Assembly (NCBI GenBank): GCA_973895155.1
Contig: OZ316898.1
Location: 6,435,079-6,499,078, forward strand
DNA: 64,000 bases
Direction of reading: 5' to 3'
Source of the DNA: Marsupella aquatica
Taxonomy: Eukaryota; Plantae; Marchantiophyta
The stretch's first letter is position 1. Each line of letters begins with the position of its first letter. The translations under genes and the position numbers were made by a program. The notes beneath the pieces are model-generated. The model saw only the letters and a program-made list of their open reading frames with translations. It did not search any database and was not told where the DNA came from. Of this stretch, positions 1 to 12,799 are shown piece after piece.

Positions 1-77
1 TGCTTCTCCCACAGCAAGTAATCAATATGACCATCGTACTTTTCCACCTCAAACTTCACTCCTCTAAATCTAGCCAT
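1..77 (-). CDS. N-terminus of Ty1/copia gag(-pol) polyprotein, truncated by the window edge
   Basis: The minus strand from the ATG at 77 reads MARFRGVKFEVEKYDGHIDYLLWEK, matching the copia Gag N-terminal pattern K-F-E-V-E-K-(F/Y)-D-G-x-x-x-(F/Y)-x-x-W. It lies downstream of a PBS and LTR on the same strand. Confidence 0.8.
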   Translation of the reverse strand, partial: MARFRGVKFEVEKYDGHIDYLLWEK

Positions 78-2216
78 CTCCCTCTTCTTCCCCACTATCG
101 ACAACTCTAGTAGTAGTACAACTTTCTCCACTGCATGCCGCACCAGTGATCGTACCGGTGATATTTGTTCCTCCTCAAATGGTAGCAGCTCCTCCTCAGA
201 CTCTCCGTCTGACCGTCACAATCCTGAAGCTCCACCGACACCAATTCTTCCAGTATTCTCTAAGTCACTCATATGAAACAATCACGAAAAAACATCTTTT
301 TTTAAAACTTCTCATAAAACTCAAAACTCAACACCGCTGCGTAGCCCACGAAGCTAGGAGTCCAATACTGAAAGCCGAAATCAAATTCAAAATTCGACAA
401 AAAAGTTATTTAAATTTTGGTCGGGGTGGGTAAAACCTTGGGAAACTCCCCTGTTTTGACCACCTCAGGGAATAACCAAAATACCAAGTACAACCCATCA
501 TTGGAATCATGATTTCATCGGTGCACCGCATTGCTAACTTCAATGGCTATGACCGCACCGAAAAAGAACCAAAAAAGTTACCGTTTGGTGGACGGAATCT
601 TTGTCGGACGGCCAAAAAACAGCTCTCTATTTTTTGGGAATATTCCCGCACAATTTGACAGGGCTCACAAGGGCCGTTCCCCCTGTCAAAGCGGTTAAAA
701 CGAAGGGCGGCAGGTCCCGACATTCAAGGAGAACAAAAGGAAGGAAAAAACGGTTAAAAATAGGCCCTTAAAGGGGGTTTAAGCCCCTTTAAACAAAAAT
801 ATGTTCCAAAATGCGCATCCGCGAGGTGGGCTAGCGAGCGTACAGGACATGGGGGCGGGAAAAAGACGGGGGTACATGGGTGAGTGCGAGAGGGCGTAGG
901 GCTGGGCAGGGGCAATACGCGCAATGGCTTCGTAAGCAACTGGGTATAGGCAAGGGCCAAAAAAGGCGACCGTAGCCACAACTCCACGGCTGCAAGAAGG
1001 TCCGGCCGGCCGAGGGGAGAGAAAACAGGATGGGGGCGTGAGGGCAACCGACGAAGGGGAGGAGCTCGACCGCGACAGTGGCTTAAGCGCCGGCCGGCGC
1101 TGCGTGCAGCGGCTACGGCAGGGTGGAGTCAGGAGGCAGGAGGGAGGGGGAGGCGACGGTATTAGGGAGGGTGTGGGGCCGACCCTGTGTGTATACACAC
1201 GTAAATCTTGTTAGGAGAAGAGGTTACCGGTGTGTAACCATTTCTGCAGGGGCATGCTATAGTCATAATCTACTCTCCTGAAAAGTTGAACCAGTAACCT
1301 CTTTCCGGGCAAGAGTTATGTACGCTAATGCAAGGCAAGGCTGGGGTTATAGTCTGTAACCTGCTCTCGGAATATTCAAAGAAGCTTTCTGGTTGCCGCC
1401 GGTCAACTTCTTTTCATATTTCGGACGCAAGGTTACAGCCTAGTAACCCTGCACCCAGACCTGCATTACCCTATACATAGGGTACATACACATAAGGGGT
1501 GAAGAAACCCCTTTAAAAACCAAAATTGACCTTAAAAGGAAAAATGGCTGGATTACTCACAATGTTGTCGTTTCACACAAGAAAATGACGAATCACCGAC
1601 GGGAAATGTTGCCGAATTGCACCGGGACAGTCTGTAGCTCTAGCAAAGTAAGAACTTCCGCCGCGTTGCCTTCACTCCGCGTCAAGTGCCAATCCCGGAC
1701 TCAAAATGACCGCCTCGCCGCGATCAAACCGTTGAGTCGTAGCACTTTGCGTTTCTTCCACCGAGTCGGACGTCACGAAGAGAAACTCGGTTCAGATGGG
1801 AACAAGCTCCATAGCCTGTGAAAAAACCTGAACTCCCCCTTCTCTCATCACGACGCACTCGGTAACAACTCGACAGCTACTCAGCTACCAAAATGACCAG
1901 CTCGCATCAACCTTCAACTTGAGCTATAATGTGCGATCTCCCGAACACCGCACAGCTCACTCTGTTGAAAAATGCGAACTCTGGTCTCTCCCCCGAAAAC
2001 CCGTCGAACATGAATAAAACCTGAACGACACAAACTCCGATTCCTCTGCACAACGGATACCGATCAGCGAGTTCTAACCACCATAGAAAACCCTCTCACT
2101 AACCTATCCGCTCAGCCACACACATTCGAGTTTCATGCAACGAAACTCCGAATGTAACACCGACAATGAACGTTGGAAAATCCCGTCACAAAAAAACCTT
2201 GTCACCTCCCAGGCAT

Positions 2217-2228
2217 GCTCTGATACCA
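2217..2228 (-). promoter_or_regulatory. Primer-binding site complementary to the 3' end of initiator tRNA-Met
   Basis: Plus strand GCTCTGATACCA equals TGGTATCAGAGC on the minus strand, 2 nt from the LTR end. Confidence 0.9.
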
Positions 2229-2230
2229 AT

Positions 2231-2579
2231 TGTTGAGCATAGACGACATTCATAACAGCAAGCCCATGAACCATCCAACGTACAAGAGTCAACATAGAGA
2301 GATACGTGGTTCACCTCCACATGAGGCTACGTCCATGGGAACACACAAGAGCTTTACTGCATTCTAGGCCGACCGGCCATACCAAGCATCCACAGCGCAA
2401 GCTCTCCCTATCTCTCAACTAGCTCTGTAACAATGAGCCTAAGTTCCACCAGGGTCTGGCATCAGCCTGGCCTGGCAATATACACAACAACACTACCGCT
2501 AACCTTAGCTAAGTCCTGACCCAAGTTAGCCTAACTGTGGTTAGCTCATGAGTCACAAGACTAAGAGCAATACCTAACA
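2231..2579 (-). repeat. 5' LTR (~349 bp)
   Basis: Bounded by TGTTGAG (2231) and CTAACA (2579) and adjacent to the PBS. The partner LTR is outside the window, so the outer boundary is inferred. Confidence 0.7.
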
Positions 2580-2751
2580 GGTATGTGGAGACTTGGTATG
2601 GCCGATAAGTCTAGAGTCAGTCTCTTGTGTGTTCCTGAGTATGTAGCCTCTGGTGAGGTGAACCATGTATCCCTTATGTCAACTACTTGTGTTAGTTGGA
2701 TGTTGTACTATATGTGCATGTTGTCTTTGAGTAACGGTTGTTTACTCAACA
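2580..2751 (+). mobile_element. 3' fragment of a related, diverged LTR in opposite orientation
   Basis: The reverse complement aligns with 2231-2395 (shared CATCCAAC, GATAC.TGGTTCACCTC, GAGGCTAC, GGAACACACAAGAG, CGGCCATACCAAG). It ends in TCAACA with no PBS after it. Confidence 0.75.
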
Positions 2752-3029
2752 TTACTAGGAGCTTGATGTCTGAGAATCATGATGAAAGAAGTACTACTTT
2801 CCAAACAAAGAGGGCCCACCCCCAAAACAAATAACAACCTGAAGTTATAAGTCAATTTAAATTAAACAAAGTTGACTTTAGCCCTCATACCATCTTGCCT
2901 TCTAGCTGCATAGCCCACTGGCCACATGGCGGCCAGCGTCCCTAGCCTTCCAATCATCCTGCCCTCTACCCTCCATCCATAGCCCTCCATTCCTTAGCCC
3001 TAGTCCCTACTTTCATGTACTTTCAAGAG

Positions 3030-3450
3030 CAAATGAGTTTTATCCTTGATTAGGGCGAGAATACATTAACTAGTTTCAAAGGCTATCATGCAAAGACTTG
3101 GTTTTGGTTTTACTGCCCAAAGCCCAAACACTCAAAAAATAACAAGTTCTGTTAAACCAGTCTAGTGCATGTGCCCCTTCACTAAATCTTTCCATGATAG
3201 CATGTAAATATAATTAAGTCCCATCATTTCCTGTATTTTTATGGTGAAATGAGTTTTATTAGCCAGATCAGGAATGTTTGCACTTTGAATGAATGAGTTT
3301 TATTATTGATTAGGCAGAGAACACATTACTTAGTTTTACATGCTATCATGCAAAGATTTGTTTTTAATTTTCTGTCCAAAGTACAAAATGCTAAAAAATT
3401 AGCAAGCTTTAATTTTTTATTAAGCCAGTCAATTGTGCCCCTTCACTAAA
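3030..3450. repeat. Diverged direct repeat (~160 bp, two copies about 260 bp apart)
   Basis: AATGAGTTTTAT...GCTATCATGCAAAGA...TGTGCCCCTTCACTAAA at ~3030-3187 and ~3291-3450. Confidence 0.7.
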
Positions 3451-4225
3451 CATGTTCTAACCTACCACTCAGGGACCAAGAGGTTTGTTCTACCCATCCC
3501 CATGGATTGTGTAAAGACATCAGTCAATTTATACTGGAAAATGACCTAGTGTTTGTGGAAGGATGCTTTGATCACTTTTGATACTGACTCCTCAAGTAGT
3601 TTTTCCAGGTACTCTGACCAACTGTGAACTGTTGGTTTTGAGCAAACTTGTGCATTTATTTGGCCAAATGTTGGATCCTTGTTTATCTCAAAATTTGCTA
3701 GCATGTTCTCTTTTGTCTATTCTATTACCTCATAAAGTTTGAGATTTTTCTAAGATCATTTACTCCATTTTTATGAGTGCAAGTCTGATCAAATGTTATA
3801 AACCACCTGCAATGGGATGTTTCACTTTTGTGAAAGATGCTCTGAGCAGTTAGGGCATGACTTGCAGATCATCATTTTTCTGAAAGACTCCAAGTACTTT
3901 GTGCATGAGGAGTGACTCACCACCAGGTGAACAAAACAAAATCTATTCCAAATGGTCAGGAGCCCATTTATTGTCATAATCCTATCAAAACCATGAAAAT
4001 TGCTACCATCTGACTGTATTCAGACATTCTGCACTGGTCTATCCAAGCTTTGGAAAATCCATCCAGGCCCCACAACAACCCCTTAATCCATCCCATTTTT
4101 ATTATGGTTCATTGAGGTGTGATTTAGTAAACTTTTGCTGCTAAAAATTGCGGGTATAGGCATCCCGATTATTGGACATAAAAAACCCAACACCTACATA
4201 CATGTTTAGAATAACACAATGATTT

Positions 4226-4300
4226 TGGTCAGTTGGCCAGGGGATGAACCTACTGTAGAACCAAGAGGTCCCAAGTTCAATCCCCCCTCCACACACATGC
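4226..4300 (+). mobile_element. tRNA-derived SINE-like head (degenerate)
   Basis: A-box-like TGGTCAGTTGG and B-box-like AGTTCAATCC at tRNA-like spacing; no intact cloverleaf seen. Confidence 0.35.
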
Positions 4301-4664
4301 AAGGGGGTGTGGAGGGTAGGTGTGTGTGTATGTGTGGGCGAGGTGTAGTGGTGGGAGTCCTGGTTTCTCTTCAGCCCCTGGCTGGACTGCTTTGTGGCCC
4401 TGGTTCAACCCTCTCTTCCTCCTGGTTTGGGTCTTTGTTGGATCCTTGGATATTGTGCCCCCTTGTGGGCTACCCTACTGTGGTGCATACTCCAAAGTAG
4501 AACTTTTATCCTTTGTTGGATGGGTCTAGTTTTGGTTTTCAAGGCAAAAAAAATTGGGTTTTGGATGGCTACCAATATACTAGGGGTCTCAATAACTGCA
4601 GATCAAAATATGACATATAAGGTGTAGGGCATCACTCCATATCATGACAAATTGGGTTATTTTT

Positions 4665-4830
4665 TTTAAATCAATGATTGCACACACTATATTATCACAT
4701 TTTGATGTGTGATTATTGGCAGGGATATACTAGGTTATCCCAGGACCCAATCTTTAAATCAATGATTGCATATCACATTTTTATATGTGATTAGTGACAG
4801 GGATATACTAGTTTGTCCCAGTGACCCAAT
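4665..4830. repeat. Tandem duplication, ~80-90 bp x2
   Basis: TTTAAATCAATGATTGCA...TATCACATTTT...CAGGGATATACTAG...GACCCAAT occurs twice. Confidence 0.7.
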
Positions 4831-5978
4831 AGACTATACAAAATGTATAACTCAAACCATAAGTGCAATTGGGCACTCACCCAAGACTAGAGGAGTCCCT
4901 CGGGGCAACGAGGGACTATAAATTGCACGTTAACGTCATCCAATTATCCAAAGTTTGTCCCTCAATGTAATACAGCCTACAGGGCACAAAAAGGACTCAC
5001 TCGCCGTGTAAGAAACATTATCAGATAACGTGGCAACAGGTAATTGGGTCTAAAAGCTTGTTCAGTCAACTACTAACGTTAAACAACGAACTATATTACG
5101 GAATCACCCCTTTATATATTAAATATTTATAGTTTAATGTAATTGTAATAAATGAAAAGAGGAAAGTAATTGACGTGCAGGAAAATCGCCGAGATTCGTG
5201 CACTGGAGATGCGGAGACATTTTCTCGACGGAGCTCTTCTTTCTGCTCTTCCATGGTCTCTCTGTCGCTCGTCTTCGCTCGAACGCGACGAAATCCATCG
5301 CCCTCGACTCTCGCGCTGCTCGAAATTGGCGATGGACACCGATCTGTAACAGCGCACACTCACACTTTAACGAGATTCATTTTTCACGCGAAAGGACCGG
5401 AACGGAATGACAGTCTCTTCTGAGTTGGGCGACATTTGAATCTGGAGGCTGGTTTCCTGCAGGACCTCGATTGCTCGTCCATGTCGTCCTCGCTTCCACG
5501 CTCGCAAGAAGGTGAATCACATGCGCTCTCTGACTGGTGTCTACGTGCACGCGGGACGCTTGTGTTTGGATTTTGAAGGAGGCGTGATGGTCTGAGTCGA
5601 GTTGATTGCGCTCTTGGTTTGACGGACACATGCCAATTGGGATCTGTTTTCGGTTTTTGAGTAGAGGCTTGCAATACGATGACGGTGCGAGATGTGTGTC
5701 CGTTGCATGAGCATTGGCTTGGAGGTCCTGCTCTTGTGTTGGTTTATTGGTCTGCACCGAGTGAGCGTTATTGTGAACACTCCTTATTTTAGGTTGGGCA
5801 GGACGGATGAAGCAGCAGTGCTAGGCTCTCGAGATGGAACAGTTGTTGACGAATTTTGTTGTGTCCTTCGTCTTTGGTGTCAAGAAGCAGGCTGCTTGAT
5901 GATGGGAAGATTGTGAACGCTTTCGTCAAGCACAGGGTTGGTTGATGCTCCTATTCGTGAAGTGGTGAGTGCGTCACA

Positions 5979-8900
5979 ATGCGGCCTGATGGTCGCTTTG
6001 TGGTCACGCTAGTCAGTCGCGCCTGGCGGCAGTCGTCCGCTGTGAGCCGGCGCTTCGATGCTCATCGCTGCACTTCTCATCCGGGGGTTCAACTCTGCCG
6101 AAGACTGTTTTCCTCTCAGGCGCCAGGCGCCGGTGAAGCAGGGGCTGCTTCGCAGCAAAAGAAGGCTATCGCCAGAGCATTTCCATTTTGGGAGCGATCA
6201 AATTCATTCAGGGCTATTATCGTTGGAGTCGCTGCCAGGTGTGTACATTCGCTATAATCTGCCCTTCTCGCCCGCCGCACCCAACAGCCTGGAAGAATTC
6301 TAACAATTGGCTTGCCTCCGTTGTAGAGTGATACGCTCCAAAATATGTTTCTACCTGACAGATGAGCTCCGCTTTTCCGGAAAAAGGAAATTATTCATCG
6401 ATATCTAAACATCCTGCTCCTTTAGGCGAACACACAATATTTTGCAAGCCTCCATTCGAAATCTTGGCTTCATGACGAGCACAGATGGATGACTGTAGAA
6501 GTGTGATTGTTTCATTGACAGTCAACCTTGATGGAGGGAAAGACTCAGAGTCTGGATTTTGGGGAAGTCCTACCCTGTCAGCGCTTTGTTTTGGGAGGTG
6601 GTGAATTCCATGAAATGTTTATTGCAATGTGCCGATCTATACTGTGCCTTTATTCCTAAATCAGCTTGCGGTGCTGTATTCCACTCGTGCTGAAGAGGAT
6701 TCAAATTGCTCCCACAGGGATTAGAATTTCGCCAGGGTATTTAAGTGGCTACTTCGTATTTTAGCGTCACCATTGCCGGATTCGGGTTGATTGCCAGTAC
6801 TGAGCTCTCTGTTTGCCAACCTGTACATTTGAGTAATTCGCGATCTCTTCATCGAGCTCCAATTCTCCAAAGCATTCCAAGTCGGAGCTTCTGTTAGTAT
6901 TTTTGAACCATTTGTGACCTTGTCATCCTGCTCGGGTTCACCCAACCAGTATTAGACGAACCTTTGTTTATTTTGAATCATCTGGGACCTCTGCATCATG
7001 CGCGAGTTTGCCAAACCATATTAAGTCGCAACTGATGTTTTCGTGGAATCTTTTGTGACCTCTCTTCATGCTCGAGTTTGCCACACCATTCAGAAGCCTG
7101 TGGTTATGTTTTTGTGTGAATCGTCTGTGACCCCTTCTCGGGTTTGATAAACCCTATTAAATAGAAGTATGTGTATCTTTATTTTTGAACCTGTGAACCG
7201 CTTGGCACCTCTTCATCCTGCTTGAGTTTGTCCAACAATTTTAGACCAACCTGTTTTTATTTCGAATTGTCTGTGACCTCTTCATCATGCGCGAGTGTGC
7301 AAAGCCGTTCTAAACGGCAACATATGTTTGCGTGGAATCATTTATGACCTCGTCTTCATCCTCGAATTCGCCAGGCCATTTTTATCTAAGCCCGTGTTTG
7401 CTTTTTAGAAACAAATACCGTGTGACCCCTTCTCAGGTTTGATGAACCACTTTCAATGAAAGTCTGTGTTATGCCCATTAAGAAATCTGTGAATATTCTG
7501 TGACCTGTTTTTCGTTGAATCATGCTTAGTCCCAATCCGTGCTTCTCTTTCTTTTGGTTAGGGAATCATTTGTGAGCTCTTAATCATGCTCGTGTCTCAA
7601 GCTGTGTTTGTTGTAGTGTACTTATGACTTCCGCATCCTGCTTGGCTCACAAACTTAGTTTGTGTCCCAGATTTACGCATCATAAATTGCCTTGACGCAC
7701 GTTTCCTTCATGCATGATCTGTTCTGTCCTCTGGATAATACTCCGCCTCATCCCGTCACATTAAAATTCATTCATGTCCCGTGCAAGGTAGTATTGGTAT
7801 AAAGCCGGAATTGCAGCTGAGTCTCATCTAAAGATCCTCTAGGCTCAGACTTTCTGGAGCACGTCAAGTTTTTGTTCTCAAGGACTGTCGAGGATTGATT
7901 CAGTGGGGCGCATGTAATACGACTCTTAACAGATTGTCCCTTGGTCGCCTTTTCCAGTGGTTGTTTGGGTGTGTTAGTTGTTGCCGCCGATGCAAAATCC
8001 AGTAAAGAGGACGCTCCTGCCGACTCGAAGGAAGCTGAAGTAAAACGAAAGCCGAAACTAGTAGTGCTGGGAACAGGATGGGCTGGCATGAGTTTTGCGA
8101 AGGAGATCAATGTAGACCTGTACGACATTCAGGTCGTATCACCTCGAAACCATTTCGTGTTTACCCCCCTGTTGCCGAGCGTGACAAATGGAACCGTCGA
8201 GGCTCGCAGTATCTCCGAACCCATTCGTCGAATGTTCAAAAAAGTAAGTTGGGCTTTCACATTGACAAGCGTTGTCTTTACCAATTGCATGTCTGGGAGT
8301 TTATGGTCTTGCTAACTTCAAATCGTGTCTAACTCTTCCAGTAAGATTCTGCCTTGAAATAGTGAAAGCTCGTTCGTGAATTATTGGTTTGGCACTTTCT
8401 CTGAAGGATTCAATAATTTGCTTAAGAAGCCCACTACTAATATGGAAGGGATGTCTGTCAAAGCAACAGGTCGTGGGAGGGATGTAGAACTGCTGCCTTC
8501 GAGTTTTCGTACATTGCAAAGCGATTAACTGGTCCTGTTGTTGGTTTTGATAAACAAATACACATCTAAACCTTTCAGAAAGATAAACAACAGGTGATAC
8601 TTTATGAAGCAGAGTGCTTGGACATTGACCCCGTGAAGAAACAAATTCATTGTCGAGACGTTTCAGATGTAATGCCAAAAGGAAAAGAGAACTTTATACT
8701 CGACTACGACTACTTGGTCATCGCAGTAGGCGGCCTCTCCAACACATTTGGTACTGAAGGGGTCAAAGAGTATTGCCACTTCCTCAAGGTACCATCTCCT
8801 TCAAGAAACTCGAAGTTTGAGCAAGTACTTTTATTTACAAGGATCTTATGTTTGATGTTTCTCGTCGTAGTGTGACAGCTTTCGAGTGACGCGTCTGATT

Positions 8901-11900
8901 TGTTGCACGACATGCTCTTTAGCCTGTTCTTACTGGCCATGCTTGGTTGTCGGTACTGTGCCATTGCTCTTGTTGCAGGAATTGGAGGATGCGGAGAAAA
9001 TACGTCAGAGTGTGATAGATTGCTTTGAGACAGCTTCTTTACCCCATCTGACCGACGATGAGAGGAGGCAATTGCTGAGCTTTCTGATTGTGGGAGGTGG
9101 TCCAACAGGAGTGGAATTTGCTGCTGAGCTTCATGATCTTGTTCATGAGGATTTGGCTTATCTCTACCCTAGTGTTCAACCGTTTATCTCCGTGACAATA
9201 ATTCAATCTGGCGATCATATTTTAAACACGTTAAGTACATCTTCCTCTCCATGTCTGTGAAACAAGTTTTGTGTTCTCCGATTTCTTTCCTTGGTAATAT
9301 TGCGCAATCCGTCCAGGACTATGCATGTCTAGCCATGTGAAATTGCGTATTATTTCTAGCTCAAGTTTCCACCTCCCCTGCCCTGAATATGAGGTGAAGA
9401 ACTGCGCGGAAATACAGCTGTCGAAGGGGGAAGATGTTGAATACAGTACTGTTTTCCCAATTTAGGTTCGATGCGCGGATTAGCCAATACGCGGAGAAGA
9501 AATTTGCACGAGATGGGTTGGATATAAAGACGAATTGCAGGGTGTTGAAAGTCAAGGACGGAAGTGTGGTGGTCAAAGAAAAGGCAACAGGAAAGGAGGT
9601 TGACGTTCCGTTCGGCATGGCTGTTTGGTCTACTGGACTTGGCACGCGGCCTGTGATTTCAAAATATATGGAGAAGATTGGCCAGGTACCACTTTGTAGA
9701 AATCATGGTTCTGAAGCACTATTAGTGGACCGAAATCGTTCATCTTTTTCAGTTGGAAACCTCAACGTGAACGATTCCTGCACTACCTTCACTGGATTTT
9801 ACGTGATTGGTATGCAGTAAGATATTAGTTGAGATTCTATCCACACGAATAAGTTGTGGGTGTCAATTCGTTGTCTTCATGCAGCCTGCTTTGTGATTTA
9901 GTTGTTTAGGTCTCCCATCTGATTCTGGCCAAAATCTTTGGACTTTGACCCTGGTAATGTACACAAAGTCAAGTGTACTCAAGTAACTATCTGCTGGAGA
10001 CTTAAAAAAGTACGAGGGCACTCAAAAGTATTTCGAAAATCAGATTTCTTCGTTGCTTAGATGTTATTTCAGGTCCTTCGCCACATGACGTTAAATGTGC
10101 ATTCTAGTTTTGTCGCAGTTTTTGTATCATAGAAGAGATTCAAGATAGAAAATGAGTTGTATTCGTACTTTCACGCAGAGTGAGAGGAGAATGCTGGCAA
10201 CTGATGAGTGGCTCCGAGTCAAGGGAGATTGCTCAGCCTGGGCTCTTGGGGATTGCGCTACAATTGAGCAACGAAAAGTTATGGTAGGTTCTACATAAAT
10301 TTTACTAGACGCAGCACTTGTTAAATTTTAGAGGTTGGGACTGACCTTCATATACCTTCAAACATAATTGTTATCCTTGACTTTTCCCTGTCTACGCCAG
10401 CATGTAGTTGAAGATGCTTTCGGGCTGTAGTTGCAAGAAATCCTAATTCTGCAGAATGTTGTGTCGCCATCACATCGTGAAGGATTGGCTCAATGGGTTC
10501 CTCAGTGGCAGAATTGACAAAAATGCAGGATTTTTTGGACATTCATAAAAGCTCAACGAAGCGTTATTGTTACTATTCTCCGTAAACTTAGCTAAGGCCA
10601 CCTCATAGCTGTGTATGAATTTCCTAGGTCGGTCATGACCTGTCGTTTTATGTTGATGCCCTGCGTAACGACTTCCATAACCTAACTTTGAATCTGACGA
10701 GTTACGGGGATTTCGTGATTTTGTCCTTCCAGGAAGACATTGGAGATCTGTTTCATAAAGCAGATGTCGACAATTCAGGAACACTAACTGTTCAAGAGTT
10801 CAAAGATTGCATCGAGCTTGTCAGAGAACGATATCCACAAATTGACCTTTACATGCAGCGGCAACACTTCAAGAGTTTGGTGGACCTCATGAACACAGCA
10901 ACAGCTGCTGGCAAGCAGGACCACATCGAACTAAGTCTGGAGCAGTTCAAAGCGGCATTAAGTACAGTTGACTCTCAAATGAAACAGCTACCTGCTACTG
11001 CACAGGTTTGTTATCAAGATCACATCTATCAAGTTGTCTGGACGAGGTCAGAGGAGGCCCGTGAGTGAAGTTACTAGTTGTTAATATTGCTCGTTAGTAA
11101 CAGGTATAGCGGCCTGGTCAGATAGCTTTTTCATGGAATGATTTAGTGTAGAATAAGATCTGCTCCAGAACAATTTTCGTGAAATGCGACCCAGGGAAAT
11201 GCTTGCGTTTTACTGTATACCCTAGTGTTATCGCTGTGGGAGTCTTGCTGGATATCCGGGCGTTCACTTTGGCTTTTGTGCTGGAACTAACACTCCTTTG
11301 ACTTTGTATGACCTTCATTGCTTGATGCGAATCTCTCGCGTTTACACTACGCTAATTCCTCCTGACCTACTTGAGCGTAACACTTTACTGATTGATAGTT
11401 CTCGATTGCTTTGTTGAATGACAATGCAGGTTGCAGCACAGCAAGGAGCATATTTGGCTAAATGCTTTAATCACCTCCCCAATAGAGACGAGGTACCCGA
11501 GGGCCCTGTTCGGATCCGTGGAGAAGGCCGCCATCGGTTCCATCCATTCCTGTACGTCATACTGCTTGGTTGCTGGAACTTCTCCTAAGATATAATATAT
11601 CTATCTGGATGTATGACAATTTATGCTGTCCTATTTTTGCATCAGTATTCCTTTGGATTGGATTGTGATAGAAATAGGAATTGAAGGGTCTGAGAGTTCA
11701 ACTCACGATTTATGCAGATATAAGCATTTTGGGCAGTTTGCTCCACTAGGCACTGAACAGTGTGGAGCAGAATTGCCAGGAGATTGGGTATCAGTTGGTA
11801 GAAGTACTCAGTGGCTATGGTACTCTGTTTATGCAAGGTATTGCGCATCCTCTCTTCTCATTACCTTCTTCTTTAATAGAGGTAACCAAGGTTACTACCT

Positions 11901-12192
11901 AACTGTTCCGTTCGTCGAGATGTTTCTTAATCATAATAATCCCATAAAAGTAGAGATAGACGTCAACCAGATCTGGAAGTGATTTGTTGATGATCCTTAT
12001 CTGATAAGTCCATCACCTCTGGTTGCCCTTTGTATCTAGCAAGTTAAGAACTGTTGTGATTCGTGGATGAATATGGGACCTGACCTTGATGATCTGTTTT
12101 GCAGTAAACAAGTGAGCTGGCGGACAAGAGCGTTAGTGATGTTTGATTGGACTAAGCGTCGATTTTTTGGTAGAGATTCAAGTCATATGTAA
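5979..12192 (+). CDS. NDB1: Type II external alternative NAD(P)H:ubiquinone oxidoreductase, NDB1-type, with EF-hand (10 exons)
   Basis: GT-AG exons in consistent phase: 5979-6238, 7958-8243, 8579-8788, 8979-9229, 9466-9685, 10179-10283, 10733-11005, 11430-11551, 11718-11837, 12105-12192. Motifs: VVLGTGWAG, FTPLLPS, GGGPTGVEFAAEL, IQSGDHILN, ALGDCA, EF-hand DVDNSGTLTVQEF, LPATAQVAAQQG, SKQVSWRTR. The R/S/A-rich N-terminus resembles a mitochondrial presequence. Confidence 0.95.
6830..7660. repeat. Degenerate ~70-bp minisatellite (~12 units) in NDB intron 1
   Basis: Recurring core TGTGACCTCTTCATC(C/A)TGCTCGAGTTTGCCAAACC near 6912, 6982, 7054, 7126, 7204, 7272, 7343, 7420, 7499, 7570 and 7624. 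Confidence 0.75.
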
Positions 12193-12799
12193 GACATCAC
12201 TTTAGAGCGGAGAGGCTCTCGATTGAATCGAATGGGTGCCATTGTGCCCATTCCACATTTTACTCTAATTACTAGTGCTATCATGTATATCGTCTAATTT
12301 CTGATTTTTATTAATCCTAAAGCTTAGAGCACAGGAAAGCATAAGCGAGTTGTTTCTTATGTGAATAGAAGGCCATTTGTTAATACAACCCTTGTTATCA
12401 AAAATCTATGTTGAAAAAGGTCGCGTTACAAGGTGAATCCTTCACATGCCTTTGCTCCCTTGCTCTTCTTTCGGAGGATGGCTGGAGTCCTCTGTTGATG
12501 AAAACATCGGTTTGGTTTGTTGCGCTCATTTAATGTGTCATCGATTCGATAAGCGTGTTAAAAGTATACAATGCGGCAAGGACGAATTACCAAACAGATT
12601 CTCGTCACTATTTTGCTGTTCTCTAGTGCAGTGATCTGTCTTTTTGGGGTACTGTTCCCTTGCCAGTAACTGTCGTATCAGCAGTTGGGTAATACAAGGG
12701 AGCAGAAATTTAGTCGAGTCACTAATGGGAAAGGTATCGGCGTACATGAAATCAGCCAGAGCCGGTTCCCTGCATGACCTTTCCTACCTTTGTTAAAGC

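Larger units (their letters stand above)
1..2579 (-). mobile_element. 5' part of a Ty1/copia LTR retrotransposon (5' LTR, PBS, ~2.1-kb leader, gag start)
   Basis: LTR 2231-2579 has TG...CA ends (minus strand TGTTAG...TCAACA). It is followed after 2 nt by TGGTATCAGAGC (tRNA-iMet PBS), and then by gag at position 77. Confidence 0.85.

Noticed and set aside
754-1198. Pro/Ser-rich ORFs
   Set aside because: Low-complexity translations of the GC-rich retrotransposon leader.
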